Assembly: GCA_018266965.1 (NCBI GenBank)
Contig: JAFDZJ010000131.1
Location: 1 to 36,253 of the forward strand
DNA length: 36,253 nucleotides
Reading direction: 5' to 3'
From: Bacteroidota bacterium
Lineage (GTDB): Bacteria > Bacteroidota > Bacteroidia > Flavobacteriales > Weeksellaceae
Part shown: positions 16,584 to 25,459 of the stretch, piece after piece
How positions within the stretch are numbered: position 1 is the stretch's first letter
How the letters are laid out: every line of letters starts with the position of its first letter
Notes under the pieces: generated by a model
Told to the model about the DNA's origin: nothing
Database searches by the model: none
The model's input: only the letters and a program-made list of their open reading frames with translations
Made by a program: the position numbers and the translations under genes

Positions 16584-19169
16584 TTTAAAAAATATCTTCA
16601 AAAATATTATATATTTGGTTCTTTTGCAAGTATTATCTTTTTTCTTTGTGCATGCAATGTAACAAAAAAAGTTCCGCCTGGCGAATTTTTACTGACCAAA
16701 AATGATTTGGAATACAAAGATGGCTCTATATTTTCTACAGATTTGGAGTCTGCAATATTACAAAAACCAAACAAAAAAGCTCTTCTGCTATTTCCTCTTA
16801 CGCTAACCATGTACAATATGACCAATCCCAAATATGATACGATATTGGCAGAGTATATGGCTTTTCCTACACAGATGCGAAACCAAAAATTGAGAGACTC
16901 ACTTTTTATAAAAAATGGACATCCGGAATGGGTGGGTCAATCCTTGTTTTGGAATAGAAATTTATATTCCTATGGAAAACCTCCAGTGATATTGGAAGAA
17001 GATAAAACGGCTAAAACAACAGTGGTACTTCAAAAAAAATTGAGGAATCATGGGTATTGGGACGCCAAAGTAAATTACGCTATAAAAAGAGATACAACTA
17101 ATAAAAAAGCACAGGTACAATACGAAGTAACCCACAAAGATCCCACCTATATCAATGATTACTACTACAGTATTGCCGATGAAAATATCAAAAAACTTTA
17201 TGAAAGGGATTTTAATAAATCTTTTGTGAAAAAGGGAGATATTTTGGATCATTCGGAATTGGAAAAAGAAGCCAAAAGAATTAGTGATAACATGAAAAAT
17301 GAGGGTTATTACAAATTCAATGCTTCTACTGATGAAATTTATTTTGTAACAGACTCTCTGAAAGATAGAAAACATGTACCACTCACTCTTTATATAAAAA
17401 AAGACTCTGCAAACACACCTTACAAAATCGCAAAAATTGGAAAAATAGATGTAGCTGTTGTAGAAAATGCTAATGATTTCCCTAGTAAAACGAAAAAAGA
17501 TAGTTTGCTAGGCATTAATTTCCATAAAATAGATAACCAATTCCGTAACAATGCACTTTGGAGAGCTATCACTCTGAAATCAGGTGATAGATACGATCAA
17601 AATATGCTGGATCTCACTAAAAGAAACTTGCTAAATATGAATAACTTCTCCATCATAAAAGCCAAAGATTCTTTAAGAAATGATGGATTGGGTAGTCCAG
17701 GGAATGATGGAATTATAGATGTCCTTTATCTCCTAAAACCCTTGGACAAATTTGAAAGGAAAATAATGTTAGATGCCAATTATTCTCAATTATTAAGCTA
17801 TGCAATTAGTCCTTCTATCGACCTTACAACAAGAAATGTATTTGGAGGAATGGAAAACCTCAATACAAGTGTTACAGGCGTATTTGGTAGAATTGTAGAT
17901 CCTGCAGATCCTAGTTCTAGGATATTAGCCTACGAGTTTTCCGCACAAGCCAATCTTACCATTCCTAGGTTATTATTGCCTTTCAAGTATTATAAAGTTA
18001 TCCCCAAAAGATTCTCCCCATCTTCCAGTATCAACCTTGGTATGTCCTACCAAAAAAATATAGGAATGGATAGGATTATGTTCAACGGTGGGTTGAATTA
18101 TTATGCCAATGTCAATGATAGAGTTGTACATAAGCTTACACTTTTCAATACACTACTTTCTATAACTCAAAACAAAGACAAGTACTATGATTACTATGTC
18201 AATGAAAATCAAATACGGTTGCAAGTTTTCAATAATTATTTTCAATACCTACCTTATATAGGAACGCTATACAGCAACGGTACACTCACAATGGATCAGG
18301 TATCAGCTATGATATTCGAAGATCAAACCTATCAAAATACACTTACAACGGACGACCAAATCAATTTGATTAATTCATTCAAGCAATCTCTAATCAACAA
18401 AGATAGATTGACGCAAAATGTACTTATTTCTTCAGTTTTGTATGATTTTACTTATAATGAAATGGGGAAAAGTGAATATCAAAATCCATTTTATTTTAAT
18501 GCTAAAGTAGAAGTAGCGGGAAATATTTTGTCTATGTTGAAACATTCTAGCTCGGAACAAGGAGTAACAAACAATGATCAAAAGACCATTTTCAACATAC
18601 CATATTCTCAATTTATAAAATTTGACTTTGATATTAGAAAATTCTTTACTTTCAGAGATGGTAAAAATACTTTGGCACTTCGACAGTTTGTTGGAATTGG
18701 GATACCCTATGGAAACTCCAATGCAATGCCATTTGTAAGATCCTATTTCAACGGAGGTTCCAACGATATTAGAGCTTGGTTGCCATTTGGAGGATTAGGA
18801 CCAGCAGATTCACAACTGAATGAAGCAGTTAGGACTTATATCATGGACAATGTAAAACTTACAACAAGTATAGAGTATCGTGTACCTTTCAATTCCACAT
18901 ACGAAGGTGCTTTGTTTACAGATATAGGTAATACTTGGAGTTTGAAAGACAATGGTTTGGGAGACGAATTCAAGTTTTCTAAATTCTACAAACAAGTCGG
19001 GATAGGAAGTGGATTTGGATTACGACTAAAAATTGCATACATCGTTTTCCGATTGGATTTGGCATACAAAATATATGATCCCAACCAACCCGAGGGACAA
19101 CGATGGAGAATTGACAAAATACAACCTCTGAAACCCACTTTAAATATTGCCTTTTTCTATCCATTTTAA
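16569..19169 (+). CDS. tamL: Omp85/BamA-TamA family lipoprotein (TamL-like)
   Basis: Lipobox FLCAC, POTRA motifs (HGYWDA, EGYYKF), RSYFNGGSNDIRAW loop, GSGFGLRL, terminal YPF; start at 16569 preferred. Confidence 0.85.
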   Translation: MSGKHFKKYLQKYYIFGSFASIIFFLCACNVTKKVPPGEFLLTKNDLEYKDGSIFSTDLESAILQKPNKKALLLFPLTLTMYNMTNPKYDTILAEYMAFPTQMRNQKLRDSLFIKNGHPEWVGQSLFWNRNLYSYGKPPVILEEDKTAKTTVVLQKKLRNHGYWDAKVNYAIKRDTTNKKAQVQYEVTHKDPTYINDYYYSIADENIKKLYERDFNKSFVKKGDILDHSELEKEAKRISDNMKNEGYYKFNASTDEIYFVTDSLKDRKHVPLTLYIKKDSANTPYKIAKIGKIDVAVVENANDFPSKTKKDSLLGINFHKIDNQFRNNALWRAITLKSGDRYDQNMLDLTKRNLLNMNNFSIIKAKDSLRNDGLGSPGNDGIIDVLYLLKPLDKFERKIMLDANYSQLLSYAISPSIDLTTRNVFGGMENLNTSVTGVFGRIVDPADPSSRILAYEFSAQANLTIPRLLLPFKYYKVIPKRFSPSSSINLGMSYQKNIGMDRIMFNGGLNYYANVNDRVVHKLTLFNTLLSITQNKDKYYDYYVNENQIRLQVFNNYFQYLPYIGTLYSNGTLTMDQVSAMIFEDQTYQNTLTTDDQINLINSFKQSLINKDRLTQNVLISSVLYDFTYNEMGKSEYQNPFYFNAKVEVAGNILSMLKHSSSEQGVTNNDQKTIFNIPYSQFIKFDFDIRKFFTFRDGKNTLALRQFVGIGIPYGNSNAMPFVRSYFNGGSNDIRAWLPFGGLGPADSQLNEAVRTYIMDNVKLTTSIEYRVPFNSTYEGALFTDIGNTWSLKDNGLGDEFKFSKFYKQVGIGSGFGLRLKIAYIVFRLDLAYKIYDPNQPEGQRWRIDKIQPLKPTLNIAFFYPF

Positions 19170-19181
19170 AATAATAAAATT

Positions 19182-19196
19182 TGGTATAATTTGTGC
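19182..19196 (+). promoter_or_regulatory. Putative sigma-54 (-24/-12) promoter
   Basis: TGGTAT-AATTT-GTGC is an exact GG-N10-GC, about 60 bp upstream of the DUF4197 gene. Confidence 0.5.
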
Positions 19197-19257
19197 TAAA
19201 AAGAAAATTCAAAAAACTTGTTTCGTCACAAGACGAGATTTAAAAAAATAATAAATT

Positions 19258-19932
19258 ATGAAAAATAATACAATTGTAATGGCAACTATGGCAGTTGCAG
19301 TAGTAGGGACTTCTGTACAATCTTGTGCAGCAATAGCAACTTCCTCCGTAGGTATAGCCATCATAAAACAAGTGCTTTTAGGAGGTATTTCTTCTGGAAT
19401 GGCAGTTTTCAAAGACAAGGATTCTTTCCTGAAAAATGGACTGATAGAAAAAGCAATGCCGGAATCTTTGGTAAAAATAAATTCCATGTTGGAGAGAATA
19501 TCACCAAGTTTGGTTGCGAAAGAGAAAGATTACATAGCACAAGCTGCTGCTTATACAGCCAATGTTTCTGAACCTATACTGAAAGATGCTGTTAATTCCC
19601 TAAATTCTCAAGACATGGAAAGGATAACGAGTGGAACAACTGCTACACAAATATTAAGAGAAAAATCCTCCACACTTTTGGTAAATGCTCTATTGCCAAA
19701 GGTAGATGAAAAACTCAATCAATTTGGGATTGTAAAATCCATCAACTCTGCACTATCCGGAAGTAGCCTTATCAATTCTATATTAGGAGGAAACACATCT
19801 GCTTCGGCTATGCAGCAAGGTGGACTTTCCAGATTGGCAACGGATCAATTGGTAAACGGAATGTTCAGTATTATAGAAAAGCATGAAAAGGATAATAAAA
19901 GTAGTATATTAGGAGCATTCAATTCAAAATAA
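19258..19932 (+). CDS. DUF4197-family lipoprotein
   Basis: Lipobox VQSC; AAAYTANVSEPILKDAV..ATQILR..GMFSIIEKHEK pattern. Confidence 0.75.
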   Translation: MKNNTIVMATMAVAVVGTSVQSCAAIATSSVGIAIIKQVLLGGISSGMAVFKDKDSFLKNGLIEKAMPESLVKINSMLERISPSLVAKEKDYIAQAAAYTANVSEPILKDAVNSLNSQDMERITSGTTATQILREKSSTLLVNALLPKVDEKLNQFGIVKSINSALSGSSLINSILGGNTSASAMQQGGLSRLATDQLVNGMFSIIEKHEKDNKSSILGAFNSK

Positions 19933-19936
19933 AAAT

Positions 19937-20239
19937 ATGGAAATATTAGACAAAAAACATAACAACCCAGAAGAGTTCTACCAATCATTAAAAGAGAAAT
20001 TAGATGCCAATTATGAATTTCCACAAGATTATTTATTCAAATTCATAATAGAAAATGATGGAAACAAATTAGCAGAAATCTATAAGATATTTGATGGGGT
20101 ACATCATACTTTGGGAAATAGAGAAAGTAAAAACGGAAAATATATATCCGTAAACATCAATGCTTTTGTATTGGATTCCGATCATGTAATCGATATTTAC
20201 AAAAAAGTTGGAGTGATAGAAGGAGTGATGATGCTCTGA
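19937..20239 (+). CDS. DUF493 (YbeD-like) protein
   Basis: FPQDYLFKFI and ESKNGKYISV motifs. Confidence 0.85.
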   Translation: MEILDKKHNNPEEFYQSLKEKLDANYEFPQDYLFKFIIENDGNKLAEIYKIFDGVHHTLGNRESKNGKYISVNINAFVLDSDHVIDIYKKVGVIEGVMML

Positions 20240-20240
20240 T

Positions 20241-20277
20241 AAAAAAGAAGAGTTTGTATTATTACAAACTCTTTTTA
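20241..20277. terminator. Bidirectional terminator
   Basis: AAGAGTTTGTA-ttat-TACAAACTCTT with A and T tails between convergent genes. Confidence 0.75.
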
Positions 20278-20278
20278 T

Positions 20279-20983
20279 TTAGTCTTTGTTGATGGTATAA
20301 TGTGTGAAAGCCTCTTCCAAACTATTGTATTTCCCTTGGAACTGGTCTATTGGACAATCTTGTAATATATTTCCTTCGTGTATTAGGATTACCCTTGTAC
20401 AAAGTGCTTCTACCTCCTGCATAATGTGTGTGGAAAGGATAATGGTTTTTTCTTTCCCTATTTCTTTTATTACATTTCTAATTTCGAGTATTTGGTTGGG
20501 ATCCAATCCATTTGTAGGCTCGTCTAATATCAGCAAATCGGGTTGGTGGAGTATAGCTTGTGCCAATCCTACTCTTTGTTTGTAACCTTTGGATAATTGG
20601 CTTATTTTTTTTGATTTTTCGGGTGTTATACCTACTAATTCTATTACTTCATCTATTCTGTTTTCGGAAACACCGTGCAAATTTGCCACAAAAAGCAGAT
20701 ACTCTTTTATATACATTTCCATGTACAAAGGATTGTTTTCTGGCAAAAATCCAATTTGTTTTTTGGAGTAAATTTCATTTTCAAAGATATTTTTATCATT
20801 AAAAATTATAGAACCCTCATCAGGTCTTATTACACCGGTTATGGATTTCATAAGTGTAGATTTCCCGGCACCATTTGGTCCCAATAGTCCAATTATTTCG
20901 TTGTTATCGATTGATATATTGATATTGTTCAGTGCGATTTGCTCGCCATATTTCTTTTTGAGATTGATTATTTGTAAAGACAT
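20279..20983 (-). CDS. gldA: ABC transporter ATP-binding protein, GldA-like
   Basis: Walker A GPNGAGKST, FLPENNPLY, signature LSKGYKQRVGLA, DEPTNGLDPNQ, STHIMQEVEA as in gliding-associated GldA; minus-strand TACTTTTG promoter box at 21003-21010. Confidence 0.7.
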   Translation of the reverse strand: MSLQIINLKKKYGEQIALNNINISIDNNEIIGLLGPNGAGKSTLMKSITGVIRPDEGSIIFNDKNIFENEIYSKKQIGFLPENNPLYMEMYIKEYLLFVANLHGVSENRIDEVIELVGITPEKSKKISQLSKGYKQRVGLAQAILHQPDLLILDEPTNGLDPNQILEIRNVIKEIGKEKTIILSTHIMQEVEALCTRVILIHEGNILQDCPIDQFQGKYNSLEEAFTHYTINKD

Positions 20984-21018
20984 GTATGTACAAAATTTTT
21001 TGCAAAAGTATAAAATAA

Positions 21019-21042
21019 AAACTCATCGAAAAAGATGAGTTT
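21019..21042 (-). terminator. Terminator for the 21066-21680 gene
   Basis: AAACTCATC-gaaaaa-GATGAGTTT with a minus-strand T run. Confidence 0.6.
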
Positions 21043-21065
21043 GTAACTAATTTATAGAATTAATC

Positions 21066-21680
21066 TTATTTTTTCACACTTTTTGTTGGTTTTGTGCTTT
21101 TCTTTTTATTAAAATAATTGTAGTTATTGGTGGTTTTATCAACATTAGTAGTGTTGATGGGTTGTTGTTTGGTACTAGCGTTTGTACTGGTTGCAGCTGG
21201 AGTAGTAGCGGTATTGTTAGTACTAGTAAAAGCACTTGAACCACCAGTTTTACCAAATATTTTGTCGATTTGTTTTTTGTTGAGTACCTGCGATTTTCCT
21301 ATGTATTTTTTACTTTTGTTGATGTAATGAATGAATTGGACAGTAGGCTGTGCAAAGTTTTTCTCGAAATGTAATTCCAAAATATCTTCGGGTAACTCCA
21401 AAGTAATATCTTCTTTTGGAAGTGTTTTTAGACCATCGAGGATTAGATTGTAAAATGTGTCCATATCACCATTGATGTCGGAAAAAGTGAAAGACCGAAT
21501 GGTGTTAAGATTTCCAGCGTTCACATCTTGATAGTTGAAAACATATTTGTTTCCTCTTTTGTACAACCCAACCGAATTGTCTTTGCCAACTTCTATCAAA
21601 TCATCTGTTTTTATGATTTTGATTTGCGAAAATGCTACTGTTGAAATTAAAAATGTAAAAAGAATAGCTATTTTTTTCAT
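21066..21680 (-). CDS. Secreted hypothetical protein with a Thr/Asn-rich low-complexity tail
   Basis: Signal peptide MKKIAILFTFLISTVAFS/Q; 204 aa. Confidence 0.75.
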   Translation of the reverse strand: MKKIAILFTFLISTVAFSQIKIIKTDDLIEVGKDNSVGLYKRGNKYVFNYQDVNAGNLNTIRSFTFSDINGDMDTFYNLILDGLKTLPKEDITLELPEDILELHFEKNFAQPTVQFIHYINKSKKYIGKSQVLNKKQIDKIFGKTGGSSAFTSTNNTATTPAATSTNASTKQQPINTTNVDKTTNNYNYFNKKKSTKPTKSVKK

Positions 21681-21813
21681 AAATTTTAATTTTTAGTTTA
21701 AATTTTAATTGTCTTTTTGTGTTTTTTGTAATTCAATAATATTTTGAACTTGTAAAATTAATCTTTTTTTTTCATTGTACACGAAATTTTCTATTATTTC
21801 AGCCTAATAAATA

Positions 21814-23268
21814 TCATTTCACAAAATCGTTACCCAAATTTGTTATAGCTAAATGTAACAATTGGACTGCCTTTTTCATTTCTATTTCGTTGAGATGTGC
21901 ATATCCTAACCTTATAGCGGTATGTTTTTGGTTTTGGTAAAGGCAATTTTTTGGTAAATATAAACCAAGTTCATTGCATTTTTCGGATAATTGTACCAAT
22001 GAAATTTTGATATTAAAAATAATCCAAAACGATAAACCTCCATTGGGGATTTCGTAAGATATTGTATCATTAAAATAGTTATGGAGCAATTGTGCAAACA
22101 TTTTTTTTCTTTCTTGGTAGGTTTTCAGTACCTTTCTTGTATATCGGAATATATCTCCCTCCGTAATCATTTCTGCTAATGCCTGTTCTTTGTAATAATC
22201 AAAATTTCCTAAATAGCTGAAATATTTATTTGCCTCCGATATAATATCATCTGTACCTACAATAAAATAAGTTTGAAACCCTGGAATTAGAAATCTTCCA
22301 AATGAACCAATATATATAATCCACGCCGATTGATTTTGTTTGTAGAGCGTGTTTGGTGTATCGTTGTACCAACCCAACTCGAAGTCCAAATCGTCTTCTA
22401 TAATTACAAATTTCATTTTTGTGGCAAGGTTCAATAACTCTTTTTTCCTTTGTGTTGTCATGTTGCAAGTAGTAGGATATTGATTTTGAGAATTGATATA
22501 TAAAATTTTTATCTCTCCTGTTTTAAAATTATTTTCTATATAGTTGGTAATTATACCATTTTGGCCCATAGGGATTGTGATAATTTTAGCTCCATTTTGT
22601 CGAAAAATCATATTGGAGTTGTAATGATTGTATTCCGCTACCGCAACTACATCTCCATTTTTTATCAACATTTGGGACAATACATTCAGTAGCATCTCTC
22701 TACTGTTGCCACATAGGATATTTTTCTTATTGATTGAAAATCCTCTTGTTACATTCAAATAGTTACACAATTGCTCGTAGAAAAAAAAGTTTTTTGCAGG
22801 TATTTTAGTTTCCGTTCTTTTTTTTCGTTTCAACACATTGGAATAAAATTGCGACAATTCTTTTGGAGAAATCAATCGGTAATCCGGAATACCATCTGTA
22901 AAAAATAATTCTTTTTGCGTTTCAGAAAACGAAAATTCCAAAACATTATTTCTATAAAATGGTATTGAAAGTTGATTTTGTAAAAATTTGTTTTTTGGCA
23001 GAGACTTACTTTTTCTTTCAATATTATTAACATAAGTTCCAACATTAGCAACTACCACAACCCAGTCTTGTGTTTTCAATTCTTCTATTGCCGCAACAAC
23101 TGTATTTCTATGGATGCCCAATTCTTTTGCTATAGCTCTGGTTCCTGGAAGTTTTTTTCCTGCTTCCAATCGCTCCATACGGATTGCATTGATGGTTTGA
23201 TATACTATCTGTAGATAGACTGGTTCTTTTTGTGATTTGTCTATTTTTATGAAATCAAAAATACTCAT
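21814..23268 (-). CDS. MocR/GabR-family regulator (GntR HTH + aminotransferase-like domain)
   Basis: PVYLQI..KLPGTRAIAKELGIHRNTV HTH, QYPT, IIEDD, IRLGYA. Confidence 0.9.
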   Translation of the reverse strand: MSIFDFIKIDKSQKEPVYLQIVYQTINAIRMERLEAGKKLPGTRAIAKELGIHRNTVVAAIEELKTQDWVVVVANVGTYVNNIERKSKSLPKNKFLQNQLSIPFYRNNVLEFSFSETQKELFFTDGIPDYRLISPKELSQFYSNVLKRKKRTETKIPAKNFFFYEQLCNYLNVTRGFSINKKNILCGNSREMLLNVLSQMLIKNGDVVAVAEYNHYNSNMIFRQNGAKIITIPMGQNGIITNYIENNFKTGEIKILYINSQNQYPTTCNMTTQRKKELLNLATKMKFVIIEDDLDFELGWYNDTPNTLYKQNQSAWIIYIGSFGRFLIPGFQTYFIVGTDDIISEANKYFSYLGNFDYYKEQALAEMITEGDIFRYTRKVLKTYQERKKMFAQLLHNYFNDTISYEIPNGGLSFWIIFNIKISLVQLSEKCNELGLYLPKNCLYQNQKHTAIRLGYAHLNEIEMKKAVQLLHLAITNLGNDFVK

Positions 23269-23272
23269 TTCT

Positions 23273-23304
23273 ACCGGACTATTTGTTTTAATGTAACTGG
23301 ACTA
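23273..23304. promoter_or_regulatory. Direct repeat, probable MocR operator
   Basis: ACCGGACTA (23273-23281) and ACTGGACTA (23296-23304), 23 bp apart, in the divergent intergenic region. Confidence 0.6.
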
Positions 23305-23378
23305 GCAAAATTAATTTTTTTTTTTCAAATTTTGCCACTGGAATTTTTAATATACATTATAAGAATTATTGGTTAGGA

Positions 23379-25235
23379 ATGAAAAAAATAATAGTTACCA
23401 TTGGCTTATTGGCTGTTTTTGTAAAGATAGATGCACAGGATAAATCTACACAAGTAGAAGAAGTAGTAATACAAGGAAATAGAATAGAAACTCCTTTCAG
23501 CCAAACCGCTAGAGATATACAGATTATCACAAAAGAAGACATTAAAAAATACCCAGCAAAATCCATCAACGAACTTTTGTCTTTTGTAGGAGGTGTAGAT
23601 ATTAGACAACGAGGTCCATTCGGGACACAGGCCGATATTAGTATTGATGGGGGAACTTTTGAACAAACCTTGGTATTGCTCAATGGTATAAAAATGATTG
23701 ACTCACAAACCGCTCATAATATGATGAATCTGCCAATTTCTACCGATGCTATTGATCATATAGAAGTATTGAGAGGTGCTGCTGCAAGAGTCTATGGTAT
23801 CAACTCTCTTACCGGTGCTATAAACATTGTTACCAAAAAAGAAAAAAAATCTTTTGTTGCGATAGATTTGTTTGCAGCAAGTTCGTTCAAAAACAAAGAA
23901 GAAGGAGATGGCTCTGGAATATATTCTGGTGGTGGATTACAACTAACAGGCAACTATGGAACGGATAAGCAGCAACATCTGTTTGCAATTGCCAAAACCA
24001 GTAGCAATGGACAGCGATACAACTCTGCACAAGAAGGTCAAAAGTTTTTCTACAATGGCAACTATAATTTTAATGATAAAAATAGCCTACAAGCATTGGC
24101 TGGTTATACCAAAAATCTCTTTGGTGCCAATGGTTTTTATGCAGCACCAGGCGATAAAAATTCTGAAGAAATAGTGAATACCTCAATTTTCAGTCTATCG
24201 TCCAAACATCAATTTGGTAATTTTTCTATTTCTCCTAGGATTAGCGATCGCTACAACGAAGACGATTATAGGTATTATAAAGACAAGTTGGATGTTGCCA
24301 GATCCAAACATTATACCAATGCACTTATGTTGGAGCTAAATGCTTCTCTTACAACTGTATTTGGGAAATTTGGTTGGGGTATAGAAAGTAGATTGGAAGA
24401 AATTAACAGCACCAATATCGGACAGAGAAAAAGAAACAATCATGGTGCTTTTACCGAATTCAAAACACAGATTACAGATAAACTGACTACTAATATGGGA
24501 ATGTATCTCAATTACAATACGGATTATGGTTGGAAATTGTACCCCGGATTAGATGCTTCTTACCTTATCAACAATCATTGGAAGATTGCTGCTAATGTTG
24601 GGACAGGACAACGGATGCCTTCATTCACGGATTTGTATCTCAATCAAAAACCTGGAAATGTAGGAAACGCCAATTTGTTACCGGAAAATGCTTGGCAAAT
24701 GGAGCTTAATTTGAAATATCAAAATAATAATTTCCAATTCCAAACGGGAGCTTTTCAAAGAAATATTACCGATTTCATAGATTGGGTAAGACCTAATACC
24801 AGTACTCCATATTCACCAATCAATTTTGGAAACAACAAAGTTGGTGGGGTGTTTGGAAGGTTGCAACAACAATTCGTAATCGGTAAATTACAAAATATTG
24901 GTTACAAAATTAGTTACAATTACCTCAATCCATCGATTAGCAACAACGAAACTGTACAATCCAAATATGTTTTGGAATCCCTAAAACATCAGTTGATTGC
25001 TGGAGTAAATTATTCTTTTCAAAATCTATCTATGCAGATTGAGAATAGGTGGTTGAAAAGAGAATTGAACGATGGGTACAATATTTCCGATATTAGGTTG
25101 AATTATCAATGGAAATCTCTAAGGATATATTCTGATATCACCAATATCTTTGATGCTCAATACAAGGAATCGAGTGCTGTTCCTATGCCGGGAAGATGGT
25201 TTAGTTTGGGATTGAATTACAATTGGACACCATAA
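23379..25235 (+). CDS. TonB-dependent receptor (short, BtuB-like plug + barrel)
   Basis: Signal peptide, TonB-box-like EEVVIQG, plug motif IEVLRGAAARVYG..GAINIVT, NLLPE, C-terminal PGRWFSLGLNYNW. Confidence 0.92.
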   Translation: MKKIIVTIGLLAVFVKIDAQDKSTQVEEVVIQGNRIETPFSQTARDIQIITKEDIKKYPAKSINELLSFVGGVDIRQRGPFGTQADISIDGGTFEQTLVLLNGIKMIDSQTAHNMMNLPISTDAIDHIEVLRGAAARVYGINSLTGAINIVTKKEKKSFVAIDLFAASSFKNKEEGDGSGIYSGGGLQLTGNYGTDKQQHLFAIAKTSSNGQRYNSAQEGQKFFYNGNYNFNDKNSLQALAGYTKNLFGANGFYAAPGDKNSEEIVNTSIFSLSSKHQFGNFSISPRISDRYNEDDYRYYKDKLDVARSKHYTNALMLELNASLTTVFGKFGWGIESRLEEINSTNIGQRKRNNHGAFTEFKTQITDKLTTNMGMYLNYNTDYGWKLYPGLDASYLINNHWKIAANVGTGQRMPSFTDLYLNQKPGNVGNANLLPENAWQMELNLKYQNNNFQFQTGAFQRNITDFIDWVRPNTSTPYSPINFGNNKVGGVFGRLQQQFVIGKLQNIGYKISYNYLNPSISNNETVQSKYVLESLKHQLIAGVNYSFQNLSMQIENRWLKRELNDGYNISDIRLNYQWKSLRIYSDITNIFDAQYKESSAVPMPGRWFSLGLNYNWTP

Positions 25236-25290
25236 TTTATAAAAAAAATAGATTATTTGTCCAATGAAAATAAATACAATTCGCAGTTCT

Positions 25291-25303
25291 CTCCTATGGA
25301 GCT
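25291..25303. repeat. REP-like hairpin (second copy, opposite orientation)
   Basis: CTCC-tat-GGAG-CT matches the reverse complement of AGCTCCGTAGGAG (6791-6803) with one mismatch. Confidence 0.45.
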
Positions 25304-25356
25304 TTACTTTCTAAAAAGAAATCCATCTAAAAACACCTACAAAAAAATTAGATATA

Positions 25357-25376
25357 AAATTTAAACAGGCTCTTAA
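25357..25376. mobile_element. Solitary IS5-like terminal inverted repeat
   Basis: AAATTTAAACAGGCTC-TTAA; the reverse complement GAGCCTGTTTAAATTT resembles IS5-family ends with a TAA-type target. No partner end or transposase in the window. Confidence 0.45.
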
Positions 25377-25459
25377 TTATAAATAAATATAAATTAAACC
25401 TTGAAAAATATAAACCAAAAATCATAAAAAAAATGTACTTTTAGCCAAAATTTAAAAAA

